From the NCBI GenBank assembly GCA_965216785.1, contig OZ244197.1:2656001-2720000 (forward strand): DNA of 64,000 bases. Direction: 5' to 3'. Source of the DNA: Thermodesulfobacteriota bacterium (GTDB lineage: Bacteria; Desulfobacterota_D; UBA1144; Nemesobacterales; UBA2774). A program made the position numbers and the translations under genes. Positions 38,058-48,022 of the stretch are shown piece by piece. Position 1 is the first letter of the stretch. Each line of letters starts with the position of its first letter. The notes under the pieces were generated by a model. That model was given only the letters and a program-made list of their open reading frames with translations. It ran no database searches and was not told the origin of the DNA.

Positions 38058-39803
38058 ATGGCGCGTTTACTATCCGTAAATGTATCGCTTCCAAAGGAGA
38101 TAACCCACAAAGGGAAGAAGATTACCACCGGCATATTTAAAGAACCCGTAGAAGGACGCGTCAAAGTTAATAAACTGAACCTTGAGGGTGACGGGCAGGC
38201 TGATTTGATAGGGCACGGGGGTACTTTTAGAGCCATCAATGTCTATTCATATGACAACTATGCTTTGTGGGCAGAGGATTTAAATAGAGACGACTTCAAG
38301 TTTGGGCAATTCGGTGAAAATTTCACTGTAGAAGGTATGTCCGACTACGAGATCCACGTCGGTGATAGATTCAAAATAGGGAGCGCGCATTTTGAAGTGA
38401 CTCAGCCTCGAGTCCCTTGTTATAAACTGGCGATCAAGATGGGAGAAGAGGGTTTTTACAACAAAATCCTTTCAAGCGGGCGGCTCGGTTTTTATTTCAG
38501 AGTTATAGAAGAAGGAGAAGTCGGGGCTGACGATGTCATTGAAAAAGTGTATGCAGACCCTACAGCAATGACTATAGATGAAGTCAACAGTTTGATGTAC
38601 TTCGATAAGGATAACTATGAGGGGTTTGAAAAGGCCCTTAAAATAAAAGCGCTCTCGCCCGGTTGGAAAACCACTTTTGAGGACCGTCTTGCAAAGGCGG
38701 AGTTGTCGGAGAGAACCAAAGACAAATACATGACGTTGACTGTCAGCAAAAAAGTACCTGAAAGTAAAACTATTACATCTTTCTATTTAGTTCCGGACGA
38801 AGGGCAGCCCTTACCCTCTTTTATGCCCGGGCAGTTCTTACCTTTGAAGCTCGATATACCGGGGCAGTTTAAGCCCGTTTTCAGGACCTACTCAATCTCA
38901 GACAGCCCGCACAAGGATTACTATAGGCTGACAATCAAAAGAGAGCCGCCCCCGCCTGACCGTCCGGACCTATACCCGGGTGTCTCTTCCAATTACTTCC
39001 ATGATCAGGTAGAACCCGGAACGAACTTACTTGCCAAAGCGCCGAGAGGTAAATTCTACCTAGACACTAATATTGATAATCCGGTGGTTTTACTGAGCGC
39101 GGGTGTCGGTCTAACTCCGCTTGTCAGCATGCTTAACTCGATCATAGATTGCGGATCCAAACGCCAAGTATGGTTTATCCACGGAGCAAGAAACAGTAAC
39201 GAACACGCCATGGGTGAGCATATTCGTAAAGTAGCTGAGGAAAATGACAACGTCCACATTCACGTAGCTTACAGCAAGCCGCTAAAAGACAATATCGAGG
39301 GCCGAGACTATGACAGTAAAGGGCATGTGGACTTAGAGCTTTTAAAGAGAGTGCTTCCCGGAAACGAAGCTGAATTTTATCTTTGCGGACCTCCTCTGTT
39401 CATGAAATCGCTTTTTAATGGACTCCTTGAATGGAAAGTCCCGGAATATTGTATTAACTATGAGTTTTTCGGCCCCGCCTCACTACTTAATGATAGAGAA
39501 AAAGTCTCTACTCCCAAGCGGGCAGCGGAGGCAATGGACTGCTCGAGTGAGATTGAGGTGGATTTTTCTGCGTCAGGTATTAAATCTAACTGGAACCCCT
39601 CATTTGAAAGCATATTGGATCTGGCGGAAGCAAACGGATTAAGCCCTGACTATAGCTGCCGCTCGGGGATTTGTCATACATGCATGTGCAGAATGCAAAG
39701 CGGGGAAGTGGAATATGTTGAGGAGCCACTCGACCAGCCGGAAGAAGGCTGCGTGTTAATCTGTGTAGCCAGACCTAAGAGTAATGTTGTGATTGATATT
39801 TAA
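38058..39803 (+). CDS. MOSC / 3-alpha / FAD-NAD oxidoreductase / 2Fe-2S ferredoxin fusion
   Basis: FGENFTV, TQPRVPCYKL, RTYSIS, AGVGLTP, YLCGP, CRSGICHTC...C; probable ATG start at 38058. Confidence 0.9.
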   Translation: MARLLSVNVSLPKEITHKGKKITTGIFKEPVEGRVKVNKLNLEGDGQADLIGHGGTFRAINVYSYDNYALWAEDLNRDDFKFGQFGENFTVEGMSDYEIHVGDRFKIGSAHFEVTQPRVPCYKLAIKMGEEGFYNKILSSGRLGFYFRVIEEGEVGADDVIEKVYADPTAMTIDEVNSLMYFDKDNYEGFEKALKIKALSPGWKTTFEDRLAKAELSERTKDKYMTLTVSKKVPESKTITSFYLVPDEGQPLPSFMPGQFLPLKLDIPGQFKPVFRTYSISDSPHKDYYRLTIKREPPPPDRPDLYPGVSSNYFHDQVEPGTNLLAKAPRGKFYLDTNIDNPVVLLSAGVGLTPLVSMLNSIIDCGSKRQVWFIHGARNSNEHAMGEHIRKVAEENDNVHIHVAYSKPLKDNIEGRDYDSKGHVDLELLKRVLPGNEAEFYLCGPPLFMKSLFNGLLEWKVPEYCINYEFFGPASLLNDREKVSTPKRAAEAMDCSSEIEVDFSASGIKSNWNPSFESILDLAEANGLSPDYSCRSGICHTCMCRMQSGEVEYVEEPLDQPEEGCVLICVARPKSNVVIDI

Positions 39804-39908
39804 TACGCACACAAATCTTAAAACACTATCCCAAGAAAATAACGACTCTGCGCCTAGATGTACTGCTCCCCAATAGTGCAATGATAATTAATTACCGGAT
39901 AAATGTGA

Positions 39909-40664
39909 TTAAATGGAAAAGTTCAAGCCTAATATTACATTTGTGATCTCGGGATCGTTTATTCCGAGCTCAAGCCCCCATTCAATTGCGATACCAGAAA
40001 TCGGCGCATAGCCGGCGGAGGTCCTTATAATAGCGGGGTATTCGTTATCAGGCGTGTTTAAATCTCCTGAGAGTTCTAAACTGTATATAATTTCTTCAAT
40101 AAACAAAGGCATCTCCATCTCGAGCCCGTAAGTGAAATTATGTTCAAAGCGCTGCTCTGAAATCTGATCGTTTAGAGTGATATATCCGATGCTGGCCTGA
40201 AGAGACATAACGGACAAATGTTTTCTTAAACCGAGTACATGCTCAAGCTCATGGATTTGAGAAACCGCTCCCTCATTACTATAATCTATGGGAACCAGAG
40301 CCGAAGTTTCAGCTACAATCCCCGGCAGATGAGCACCTTCAGCCAGAATAACTAATTCTGCGGATAATCCTGTATCTCCGAAACCAAACCCCGAAACCGC
40401 GTATAATGGGTCAATGGGAAGAAACGGGGAATCAACCTCGGGTTCAATTAAACTGTTTACACTATATTTAAGAGACCACGTGGTTTGATAACTGCTGCTG
40501 TGGCTATTGACTGTACTCTCATTTCCTATACTCAGTCCGGGCTCAATATTCCCGTAAAACGTCCCACCCTCGGAAGCATCGGCGTACAGTATATGGAAAT
40601 TTAGACATAATACCGTAACTACAAGAAAAACTGTTTTAGCGATGATCATCCCGGTAAGGCTCAT
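39909..40664 (-). CDS. Putative outer-membrane beta-barrel ('transporter' family-like) protein
   Basis: Signal peptide, GFGDTGL motif, alternating beta-strand pattern, C-terminal LGLNFSI. Confidence 0.5.
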   Translation of the reverse strand: MSLTGMIIAKTVFLVVTVLCLNFHILYADASEGGTFYGNIEPGLSIGNESTVNSHSSSYQTTWSLKYSVNSLIEPEVDSPFLPIDPLYAVSGFGFGDTGLSAELVILAEGAHLPGIVAETSALVPIDYSNEGAVSQIHELEHVLGLRKHLSVMSLQASIGYITLNDQISEQRFEHNFTYGLEMEMPLFIEEIIYSLELSGDLNTPDNEYPAIIRTSAGYAPISGIAIEWGLELGINDPEITNVILGLNFSI

Positions 40665-40704
40665 AGTATTCCCCCTTGTTATGCTTTAAGGCGCAGACGG
40701 AGTT

Positions 40705-42024
40705 TTAGAACCCCTCTTCGTTTTGAATTATCTCGCCAAGTATAGCTTCCACCTCTTCAGTCTTGCTTTCGTGAATGTGCGGATTAACGGCTGCTGAAAG
40801 CCCGAGTAACTCTTTTGCTTTCTTCACGTTATCCTGTCCATAGAGAATCATGCCGGCGTGATAATACAAAGTAGCGTCTTCCGTGCCGAGTCTTAGCGCC
40901 TTGCGCATAGCCTCTTCAGCACCTGCCATGTCTCCCATTTTGTAGCGGACCCATGCGAGCGTGTCATATGCATATATATCCTCTGTATCTTCCAGATCGT
41001 ATAGCGCAAGCTCGACCGCCCTGTCCAAATTGATATTTTTATCCGCGTAATGGAGCGCAAGCTCGCGCGAGTGGCCCTTAATGCCCTGGCGCTGATATAT
41101 CTCATACTGTGTCTCTGCTTTTCTGTAATGCTTCTTCGATCTCGCTGTATCACCGAGCTCGTGGTAAATGTCCCCTAACGCTAGGTAGTACTCGGGCTTA
41201 GGGCTTACGTTTATTGCACGACGGTAATAAGAAGCGGCCTTTCCATATTCACCCCTTTGAAAGTAAAGCTCGCCCAGATGCTCAAGCGCAAGGTAGTAGT
41301 CCTCGAACATCACTAGCGCATTACGGTAGTGCAGCTCCGATTTTTCTGGTTCGCCACAGTCGAAATACAGCGATCCCAGCATCACATCGGCCCATGCCAT
41401 GTTCTCCTCGGGCAGATCAAGCCTCCTGGACAAATCTATAGCCTGCTCCATTGCGCTAATTGCCCCCTCCGTGTCACCGGTGAGGAACCTTATGCGCGAG
41501 ATCCTGGTGTAGGAATCAAAACCCGGGTCTAAATACAGCATTAGCGCATATGCTTTTAGAGCCTCGTCGTAATCGCCGAGCTCAAGGTACGCGTCTCCTT
41601 TAAGCGCGTATGTAGCCGCCTTATCCGGCCTTAATTCAATTGCTTTGTCGGCATTGGTAAGCGCTCCCCGGAAATCGTGCTTGTAGGAGCTTACTCTTCC
41701 CAAGTGTAGGTAAATCTTATAGTCGCCGGGGGTTAGTTCCGAAGCTTTGATCAGTAGCTTCTCGGCTTTTTTATAATTACCGATACCGCCTTCTTCCCGG
41801 CCCTTTTGTATGTATAGCTCCCCGAGCTTTAGATAGTGATAATAGTCCCGGGGGTCCTTCTCCATCTTCTCCTCATAACTTTCTATCAGCTTATCGGTAG
41901 GGCTTTTCGCCTTATTTTGTTTCTGATCTTTATGGCTGTGGCCTACACCGTGGCCGTTTGATAAAGAAGGGGTAAGTAATATTACGAAAGCTATCAGAAT
42001 TAGTATTGCGGGGAATGTTTTCAT
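40705..42024 (-). CDS. Secreted TPR protein associated with DUF4331
   Basis: Signal peptide, His-rich N-terminus, many TPR units, DIYAYDTLAW. Confidence 0.85.
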   Translation of the reverse strand: MKTFPAILILIAFVILLTPSLSNGHGVGHSHKDQKQNKAKSPTDKLIESYEEKMEKDPRDYYHYLKLGELYIQKGREEGGIGNYKKAEKLLIKASELTPGDYKIYLHLGRVSSYKHDFRGALTNADKAIELRPDKAATYALKGDAYLELGDYDEALKAYALMLYLDPGFDSYTRISRIRFLTGDTEGAISAMEQAIDLSRRLDLPEENMAWADVMLGSLYFDCGEPEKSELHYRNALVMFEDYYLALEHLGELYFQRGEYGKAASYYRRAINVSPKPEYYLALGDIYHELGDTARSKKHYRKAETQYEIYQRQGIKGHSRELALHYADKNINLDRAVELALYDLEDTEDIYAYDTLAWVRYKMGDMAGAEEAMRKALRLGTEDATLYYHAGMILYGQDNVKKAKELLGLSAAVNPHIHESKTEEVEAILGEIIQNEEGF

Positions 42025-42103
42025 TTTATCTCTCCATACCGTTTATTTAACAAGGGAGCGGAAATAGTTTGTTCCCGCCCCCTAATTCGTTTCCATTGAA
42101 TAG

Positions 42104-43762
42104 TTAGTCAACTGGGCATATGCCGTCATCAGTTCCTGTACATCCAAACTCGCCAGGGTCTACGTGGCGGCTGTTGCGGCCGTCATGGGCATAGTTAAGG
42201 TAAGGGAACGAAGTCCTGTAAGGCTGTACGTCATTTACGTTAACGCCGTCCCCGATTCGGTTGTGCGGGAATATATTGAAGTCAGGGTTCAGGACACCTA
42301 CAGCTACGCGTGACACTACGTCGATTACGTCGTCCACTACGCGGCGTCCGTTAGGAAATCCGGCAGGGTCGTCGTTGGTCTCGTCCTCATCCAGCAATGT
42401 CAGGAATCCAAGCCTGCTCTGCTGATCCGGAGGAGTCGGAGGAATTCCGGTGTTAAGCCTCAAGAGGTCCGCTATAGGTCCCGTAGGCGTGCCCTCTGCA
42501 GCAACCGGAGGAACGTACTGAACGATGGGTAAGAGGTCGAGTCTAGGTACGTCCGGTATCGGAAGAATATCCGGGCCGAACAGCGCTTCATAGACAGAGT
42601 TGAGCACGCGCGTAATGACCGGGTCTAAAAAGAAATCCTGGTACTCAGAGTCGTTCTTAGGCTTAGCCATACTGAATTTGTCTTTGAAGCCGATGCCTAT
42701 AATCAGCTCGTTTATGAGCGGGTTAGCCATCCTTTGAATCTGAGTGAACCTCTTAGAGAGTCTAGGCTCTTCGCCAGGGCCTCTGAATCTTTTCATCTGA
42801 GGTCTTGAGCTCGTACCCCACATTCCTATAGTAGCTTCAGGCTCTGAAGCATCGTGTAGCTCGCCGTCGCTCGTCAGAAGCTCGATAGGCACCTCGATTG
42901 CGATTGCGTTCACGTTATAGCCTGAAAACTCGTCCGCGGCGTAATTATTGAAATCGTCAGCGTCCTGCTCGTCTGTGAGAACTCCCTGTACCACGAAACC
43001 CTGGGTCCTGAAGTTGAAGGAGTCAAAAGCCGCTCCGAGATCGAGCCAAAACGGGTCGTCAACGGTTCCGGCAAACACTTTCATATCGTCTTCCAGTTCA
43101 TATACGCCCTGCTCGAATAGAGAGGGGTAATCAGGCATTGTCCTCGGGCCCGCGTTCGTCGGAACTTTAAAAAGAGGGCCGCCATTTGCGTTTTTGAGCC
43201 TTGTGCGTTTTTTGCCCTTTACCATTGTCACTGTATAGCTTTGGCGCAGTCCGAGACCTTGAGAGCCCGCCCCGGAAAGAGACGTAATAGCCGGAGGAAC
43301 GACCGGCTGACCTACAGTTGAATTACCGTCCAGGTCGTCAGGGGCGTTCTCAGGAGCGTTAACTCCTCCGAGCGCTCCCACATATGCAGTGAAAACGTTA
43401 GGCAGTCTAATCTCGTTCTCAAAACGAAACTCAAACACTATGTCCTCTTCTGCATCGTGGTCGTTATCAACTCTGATAGCATAGAGGATCTCTGGGTCGA
43501 ACGGAAAGTAAGAAGGCCCGTTTCCCGGCTCTAAGAACGGATCGTAGGTAACGATCATTGTAACTTTGCCTGATGAGCTCTCATCATCCGGATCGTAACT
43601 AACAAAAGCGAATACGTCAGGGATGTCCGCTTCATCGTCAAGCGCCGTGATCGGAGCCTCCCTGTGGTTTGCGGCTTGGACTACCGTCGCCGGAGTTGCT
43701 GCTGAAAGAACGAACCCCGTAATAAGTAAAGAAAAAGCGATTATAAATTTTGATAAACTCAT
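42104..43762 (-). CDS. DUF4331 domain protein
   Basis: ANHREAP....D..ADIPDVFAF, FAGTVDDPFWLDL, GFPNGRR..DDVID. Confidence 0.9.
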   Translation of the reverse strand: MSLSKFIIAFSLLITGFVLSAATPATVVQAANHREAPITALDDEADIPDVFAFVSYDPDDESSSGKVTMIVTYDPFLEPGNGPSYFPFDPEILYAIRVDNDHDAEEDIVFEFRFENEIRLPNVFTAYVGALGGVNAPENAPDDLDGNSTVGQPVVPPAITSLSGAGSQGLGLRQSYTVTMVKGKKRTRLKNANGGPLFKVPTNAGPRTMPDYPSLFEQGVYELEDDMKVFAGTVDDPFWLDLGAAFDSFNFRTQGFVVQGVLTDEQDADDFNNYAADEFSGYNVNAIAIEVPIELLTSDGELHDASEPEATIGMWGTSSRPQMKRFRGPGEEPRLSKRFTQIQRMANPLINELIIGIGFKDKFSMAKPKNDSEYQDFFLDPVITRVLNSVYEALFGPDILPIPDVPRLDLLPIVQYVPPVAAEGTPTGPIADLLRLNTGIPPTPPDQQSRLGFLTLLDEDETNDDPAGFPNGRRVVDDVIDVVSRVAVGVLNPDFNIFPHNRIGDGVNVNDVQPYRTSFPYLNYAHDGRNSRHVDPGEFGCTGTDDGICPVD

Positions 43763-43800
43763 GAAACTTACCTCCTGGAAAAATTGATTTTGAATATATA

Positions 43801-43826
43801 TACGCCGCTTGCAATTATTTGGAGCA
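43801..43826 (-). promoter_or_regulatory. ECF sigma promoter upstream of the DUF4331 operon
   Basis: TGCTCC-N16-CGTA on minus strand. Confidence 0.7.
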
Positions 43827-43875
43827 CATATTTTATATAAGATATATAAATAATATTGTCTATATACCTTTAGTA

Positions 43876-43920
43876 GGAAAAACCGGAGTGACGGCGGTCT
43901 AGCCGCCGCTCACCCGGCTC
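43876..43920 (-). terminator. Long GC-rich terminator hairpin downstream of msrB
   Basis: CCGGGTGAGCGGCGG-ctaga-CCGCCGTCACTCCGG-TTTTT on minus strand. Confidence 0.75.
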
Positions 43921-44009
43921 TTAAGAAGGTATAGAGAGAATGAATATCGGGGGTTATTACTAGCTTTCATAAATTACTCGGAATCTTTGAATGACAGCTC
44001 TATATTTTC

Positions 44010-44528
44010 TTACTCAACGAACTCGAGCGCTCCTGAATTTATGCAGTACCTAAGACCGGTTGGCTCGGGCCCGTCGTTAAATACGTGACCCAGGTGTTCG
44101 CCGCACTTTGACAGGACTTCGGTCCTCTTAATACCAAGGTCGTAATCGTCCTTGAGCACAATCGAGTCCTCGGATATAGGTTGATAGAAACTCGGCCATC
44201 CGGTGCCTGAGTCATATTTATGCTCCGAGCTGAATACCGGCTCTTTACAGCCAGCTGAAACATATATGCCTTTCTTTTTATTGTAGAGATACTCTCCGGA
44301 AAAAGCCTTTTCAGTCCCTTTCTCCCAGAGAAGTTGATACTGTCCTGGGGTAAGCCTCTTTTTCCATTCCTCTTTTGAAAGATTCATTTTAGTAGAATCC
44401 TGAGCTTGTGATGCATTGTCTTTAGCTGCCAGATAACCAACAGACTCTGTATCAAATTTAGATAGAAATAGAAATCCGAAAACTAAAACAATCAAAACTA
44501 TTATTCCTATGTACTTATTGTTTTTCAT
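44010..44528 (-). CDS. msrB: Peptide methionine (R)-sulfoxide reductase, membrane-anchored or exported
   Basis: GTEKAFSG, KYDSGTGWPSF, HLGHVFNDGP, RYCINS; N-terminal hydrophobic segment; start at 44528. Confidence 0.93.
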   Translation of the reverse strand: MKNNKYIGIIVLIVLVFGFLFLSKFDTESVGYLAAKDNASQAQDSTKMNLSKEEWKKRLTPGQYQLLWEKGTEKAFSGEYLYNKKKGIYVSAGCKEPVFSSEHKYDSGTGWPSFYQPISEDSIVLKDDYDLGIKRTEVLSKCGEHLGHVFNDGPEPTGLRYCINSGALEFVE

Positions 44529-44606
44529 TTCTGACCTCCGAATTGATTTGATAAGCAAGGCGCCCCCTTCTCTCCGGGAGCGCCTTAGTCATTTAATCTC
44601 ATATGA

Positions 44607-45176
44607 TTAGTTGGGTAATACGACTGTGTCTATAACGTGTATAACGCCGTTTGACTGAATAACATCATAGGTAGTTATATTTGCCGTGTTACCGTTTTCA
44701 TCTTTTAGCACGACGTTGTTCGGGCCGTTCATCCACGCTGTAAGCGTTCCTCCGCTTGCGGTTTTGAACTCTGCCTGTCCGCCGCCCTGCTCGATCTTCT
44801 TGGATATAGCTCTGAAATCAAGGCTCCCCGGCACTACGTGATAGGTAAGTACCTTTGTAAGAGTCTCCTTGTTCTCAGGCTTGAGAAGTGTCTCTACCGT
44901 GCCCTCGGGAAGGTTCTCGAAAGCGTCGTTGGTAGGGGCGAATACTGTAAACGGACCGGGGCTCTTTAGGGTTTCAACAAGTCCTGCAGCCTGAACCGCG
45001 GCTACGAGTGTGGTGTGGTCCTTTGAATTTACGGCATTATCAACGATGTCCTTTGTAGGGAACATGGCCTCGCCGCCAACCATTACTGTATTTGCGGAAA
45101 AGGCCTGGCTTCCGCCGATTGTAAACATTGCCGCCACTATGAGCAGCATGAAGAATCTTTTAACTGTTGTGTGCAT
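44607..45176 (-). CDS. Fasciclin (FAS1) domain secreted protein, MPT70/83-like
   Basis: TLVAAVQAAGLVETL..PGPFTVFAPTNDAF, LTYHVV, NGVIHVIDTV. Confidence 0.93.
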   Translation of the reverse strand: MHTTVKRFFMLLIVAAMFTIGGSQAFSANTVMVGGEAMFPTKDIVDNAVNSKDHTTLVAAVQAAGLVETLKSPGPFTVFAPTNDAFENLPEGTVETLLKPENKETLTKVLTYHVVPGSLDFRAISKKIEQGGGQAEFKTASGGTLTAWMNGPNNVVLKDENGNTANITTYDVIQSNGVIHVIDTVVLPN

Positions 45177-45210
45177 TTAAGCACCTCCTTGAATAAATTT
45201 TGACTATAGA

Positions 45211-45237
45211 TACGACAGGCGTGAGTGGTTTGGAGCA
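45211..45237 (-). promoter_or_regulatory. ECF sigma promoter upstream of fasciclin-msrB
   Basis: TGCTCC-N17-CGTA on minus strand. Confidence 0.7.
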
Positions 45238-45308
45238 CAAGAATTTTTGAAAATTCAAAATTTGCGCTAACACCGGGAAGGACGTATTGAAGCTTGTAAT
45301 GTTGTTAT

Positions 45309-45372
45309 AAAAAAAGCCCGATTAAGCGAATAACCGGGCTTCATGTAAGGATGGTATAGGGGTGTATACAGT
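45309..45372 (-). ncRNA. Candidate ~65-nt ECF-dependent small RNA
   Basis: Promoter motif TGATCT-N16-CGTA (45378-45403), then a C/U-rich stretch and terminator AAGCCCGGTT...AATCGGGCTTTTTT, with no ORF. Confidence 0.45.
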
Positions 45373-45470
45373 ATTCTTACGCCGGATAAGCGCATTTAGA
45401 TCATATCTTTGAATAAAGTGCGGGCCGGGATAGTTATTCCAAACTGGGGGTTATTATTGAAGCAGCCTAG

Positions 45471-46052
45471 TCAGGCAAGAATCTCGTTTTCCTGAGAGGA
45501 CATAACCAATAGCAAGCACCCGTTTTCGGTGGAGATGGCTTCGTGGACGCTGCTGGCGTCCGCTCTTATATAGTCACCGACGCCGAACTTATGGCCGCCC
45601 ATGTTGATATCGCCCTCTATTATATAGCATTCTTCATCTTCAGCGTGTACGTGATCCGGGAAAGTAGCTCCCGCGTCCATGCTCACTAGCACGGTAGAGT
45701 ACTTGCGCTCGGAGTCTTCATAGAGCTGCTTTACTCTGACTCCGTTAATGATCTCTACCCATTGACCTTCATTTTGCCGTACATATAAAAATCCTTTGTC
45801 CTTATCAGAACTCTCGCGGTGTTCCCGGATTTCGGCAAAAAGCTTCTCCTCAAGCCCCGGAGGTTCTCCCTGTGGCTTGGTATTATAGGTAAGGTCGTCC
45901 ACTATCTCTTTAAAATATTCGAGATGCACGGATGCCTGGCTATCCTCTTTCAACATAACCTCGAACTCCGCCTTCTCCTCTTCACTTAAAATGCCAAGCG
46001 CATAGGATGCGGCTAAATCCTGGATATCTTCATCAGTGTACTTCTGCGCCAT
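45471..46052 (-). CDS. Anti-sigma factor with ChrR-like cupin domain
   Basis: N-terminal LAASYALGILS..E...FE anti-sigma domain; cupin FPDHVHAEDEECYIIEG...SVHE. Confidence 0.82.
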   Translation of the reverse strand: MAQKYTDEDIQDLAASYALGILSEEEKAEFEVMLKEDSQASVHLEYFKEIVDDLTYNTKPQGEPPGLEEKLFAEIREHRESSDKDKGFLYVRQNEGQWVEIINGVRVKQLYEDSERKYSTVLVSMDAGATFPDHVHAEDEECYIIEGDINMGGHKFGVGDYIRADASSVHEAISTENGCLLLVMSSQENEILA

Positions 46053-46648
46053 ATGAACGTCCTTGCTCTTCTTTAATTATATTCTTCAGTTTAACCATTG
46101 CAACCCTGATAGTGCTTTTGACCGACCCGACGGGTATGCCCACTTTCTCGGCAATCTCGCTATGACTGAACTGGTGGTAGTAGGAGAGCTCCATAACTTC
46201 TTTCTGTTTGGATGTAAGCTGAGACATAGCGTTTCTCATTATCTTTCTTCTCTCAGATGCTATGTAGGTGTCCTCCGGGTTATCGGTGCTCGTCACCAGA
46301 CTTTCGTCAATGCTATCATCTATTTGCACTGCTCTTGCGCTTTTTCTAATCTTATCAATTGCGCGGGTTCTGGTTATCATTAACAGCCAGCTTAACGGTT
46401 TGCTCAATCCTCTGTCATACCGAGACGCGTTTTTCCAGACATACATAAATACCTCGAGCGCCACTTCCTCAGCCTCTTCAGAGTTAGATATGACCCTGTG
46501 CGACATGCCGTAAACGAGTCTTACTGTCTTTTTATAAAACTCCCTCATCGCACCTTCATCACCTTGTGAAATTTGCGTCAGAAGAAGCTCTAACTCGTTT
46601 TGTTCGTTCGTATGCTCCGATTGAGAAGCCTCTGTTTCAGGACTCATA
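46033..46648 (-). CDS. ECF RNA polymerase sigma factor (SigK/RpoE-like)
   Basis: Region 2 AEEVALEVFMYVWKNA..YD...WLL..TRTRAIDKIR; region 4 SHSEIAEKVGIPVGSVKS; start uncertain (46648-46731). Confidence 0.9.
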
Positions 46649-46773
46649 GTCTTATTGTAACTATCTATTGGACTTATCTTACTTCCGCCTATCTTCGTAC
46701 TCATATTAGCACACTCAGTATTAAATTCCAATCATAGTTAAGTTAAAAATATACAGCAGCATACTTAAACAAT

Positions 46774-47075
46774 TTACTCGTCGACTTGAGCAAAAAACCT
46801 TTCTTCAAGCCCCCGGGGTTCCTCTTCGGGCTCTGTATTATAAGCGAGGTCTTCCATAATCTCTTTGAAGTATTCCAGATGCAACGATGCTCGGCTATCC
46901 TTTTTGAGCATAGCCTCAAACTTTGCTTTTTCCTCTCTACTCAGTATTCCCAGAGCATAGGAAGCAGCTAAATCCTGAACCTCTTCATCTGTATACTTGC
47001 GCGTCATATAATCTTCCCTGATCAATATTAATTATATTCCCCGGTTACCACTGTCACCCTGATAGCGCTTTTGTA
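46774..47075 (-). pseudogene. Partial duplicate of the sigma 3' end and the anti-sigma N-terminal domain (ORF 46774-47007)
   Basis: MTRKYTDEEVQDLAASYALGILSREEKAKFE... closely matches 45471-46052 but stops before the cupin; 47008-47075 matches the sigma C-terminal DNA. Confidence 0.75.
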
Positions 47076-47132
47076 GAAAACCCACGTGATTTGCAAATGT
47101 AAAAACGCACAATCGTACTCTACGGCTATTAA

Positions 47133-47158
47133 TACGATGGTTTGTTGCGATTGGATCA
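47133..47158 (-). promoter_or_regulatory. ECF sigma promoter
   Basis: TGATCC-N16-CGTA on minus strand. Confidence 0.7.
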
Positions 47159-47210
47159 CAAATTTTTAATTCGGCTGGAATTAATTCGGAATGTAAATAT
47201 GACTATAACA

Positions 47211-47807
47211 TTACCCGCGATTTTCGAATATTGCGAGCGTATTTCTGAGTTTGTCCTTGGCGAGTCTGAGCGTGCTTTTCACAGAACCAACGGGTATATC
47301 CAGCATTTCAGCAATCTCAGACTGGTTAAACTGTGAGAAGTAGGCAAGCTCTACGACCCTCCTCTGCTTTGGGCTTAGCCCTGAAAGCGAGTCGAGCACA
47401 ATCTGCCGCATCTCAAGGCCCATCACCGTGTCCTCAGGGCTGAGCCCGGTATCTGATAACTCCCCCTCAAGAGCGTCCGGGAGATCAATAGACGGCTTTC
47501 TTCTGCGGAGCTTATCGATCGCGCGCGAGCGCGTCAGCATAACGAGCCAGGTCGAAGGGTTACTCTGATCCGGGTCGTAGCCCGATGCGCTCTTCCAGAC
47601 ATATTTATATACATCCAGCACTACTTCTTCCGCATCGTCCTTATCGCTAAGGATCTGAAGCGCCAGGCTGTAGAGAAGCCTGTTAGTTTCGTCGTATAGT
47701 TTGCCGAGAGAGTCTTCGTCACCTTCTGCAATAAGGGCTATCAAACCCCGCCACCTGAGATTCCTGTTAGTAGAAGATTCGGATTTGTTGTCCATATCTT
47801 GAGACAT
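47211..47807 (-). CDS. ECF RNA polymerase sigma factor (second SigK-like paralogue)
   Basis: AEEVVLDVYKYVWKSA..YD...WLVMLTRSRAIDKLR; NQSEIAEMLDIPVGSVKSTLR. Confidence 0.92.
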   Translation of the reverse strand: MSQDMDNKSESSTNRNLRWRGLIALIAEGDEDSLGKLYDETNRLLYSLALQILSDKDDAEEVVLDVYKYVWKSASGYDPDQSNPSTWLVMLTRSRAIDKLRRRKPSIDLPDALEGELSDTGLSPEDTVMGLEMRQIVLDSLSGLSPKQRRVVELAYFSQFNQSEIAEMLDIPVGSVKSTLRLAKDKLRNTLAIFENRG

Positions 47808-48022
47808 TTTATCTCGCTATGTATAAAGCAAGCATTTTCGGTAATTTTATACTATTAGAAAATAACCTCATAGCCCAGCTTTCATTCGCAAGGGCTCAGA
47901 TTTATAGAATACTGTGAGCTTATCTCTCTATTCTTACGTATACATCAAGTAATATAGAAAGAAGTTTTGGTTAATTGTACTTTCAAGTATCAAGATGTAC
48001 CATATTACGAAAGAGGTTAAGT

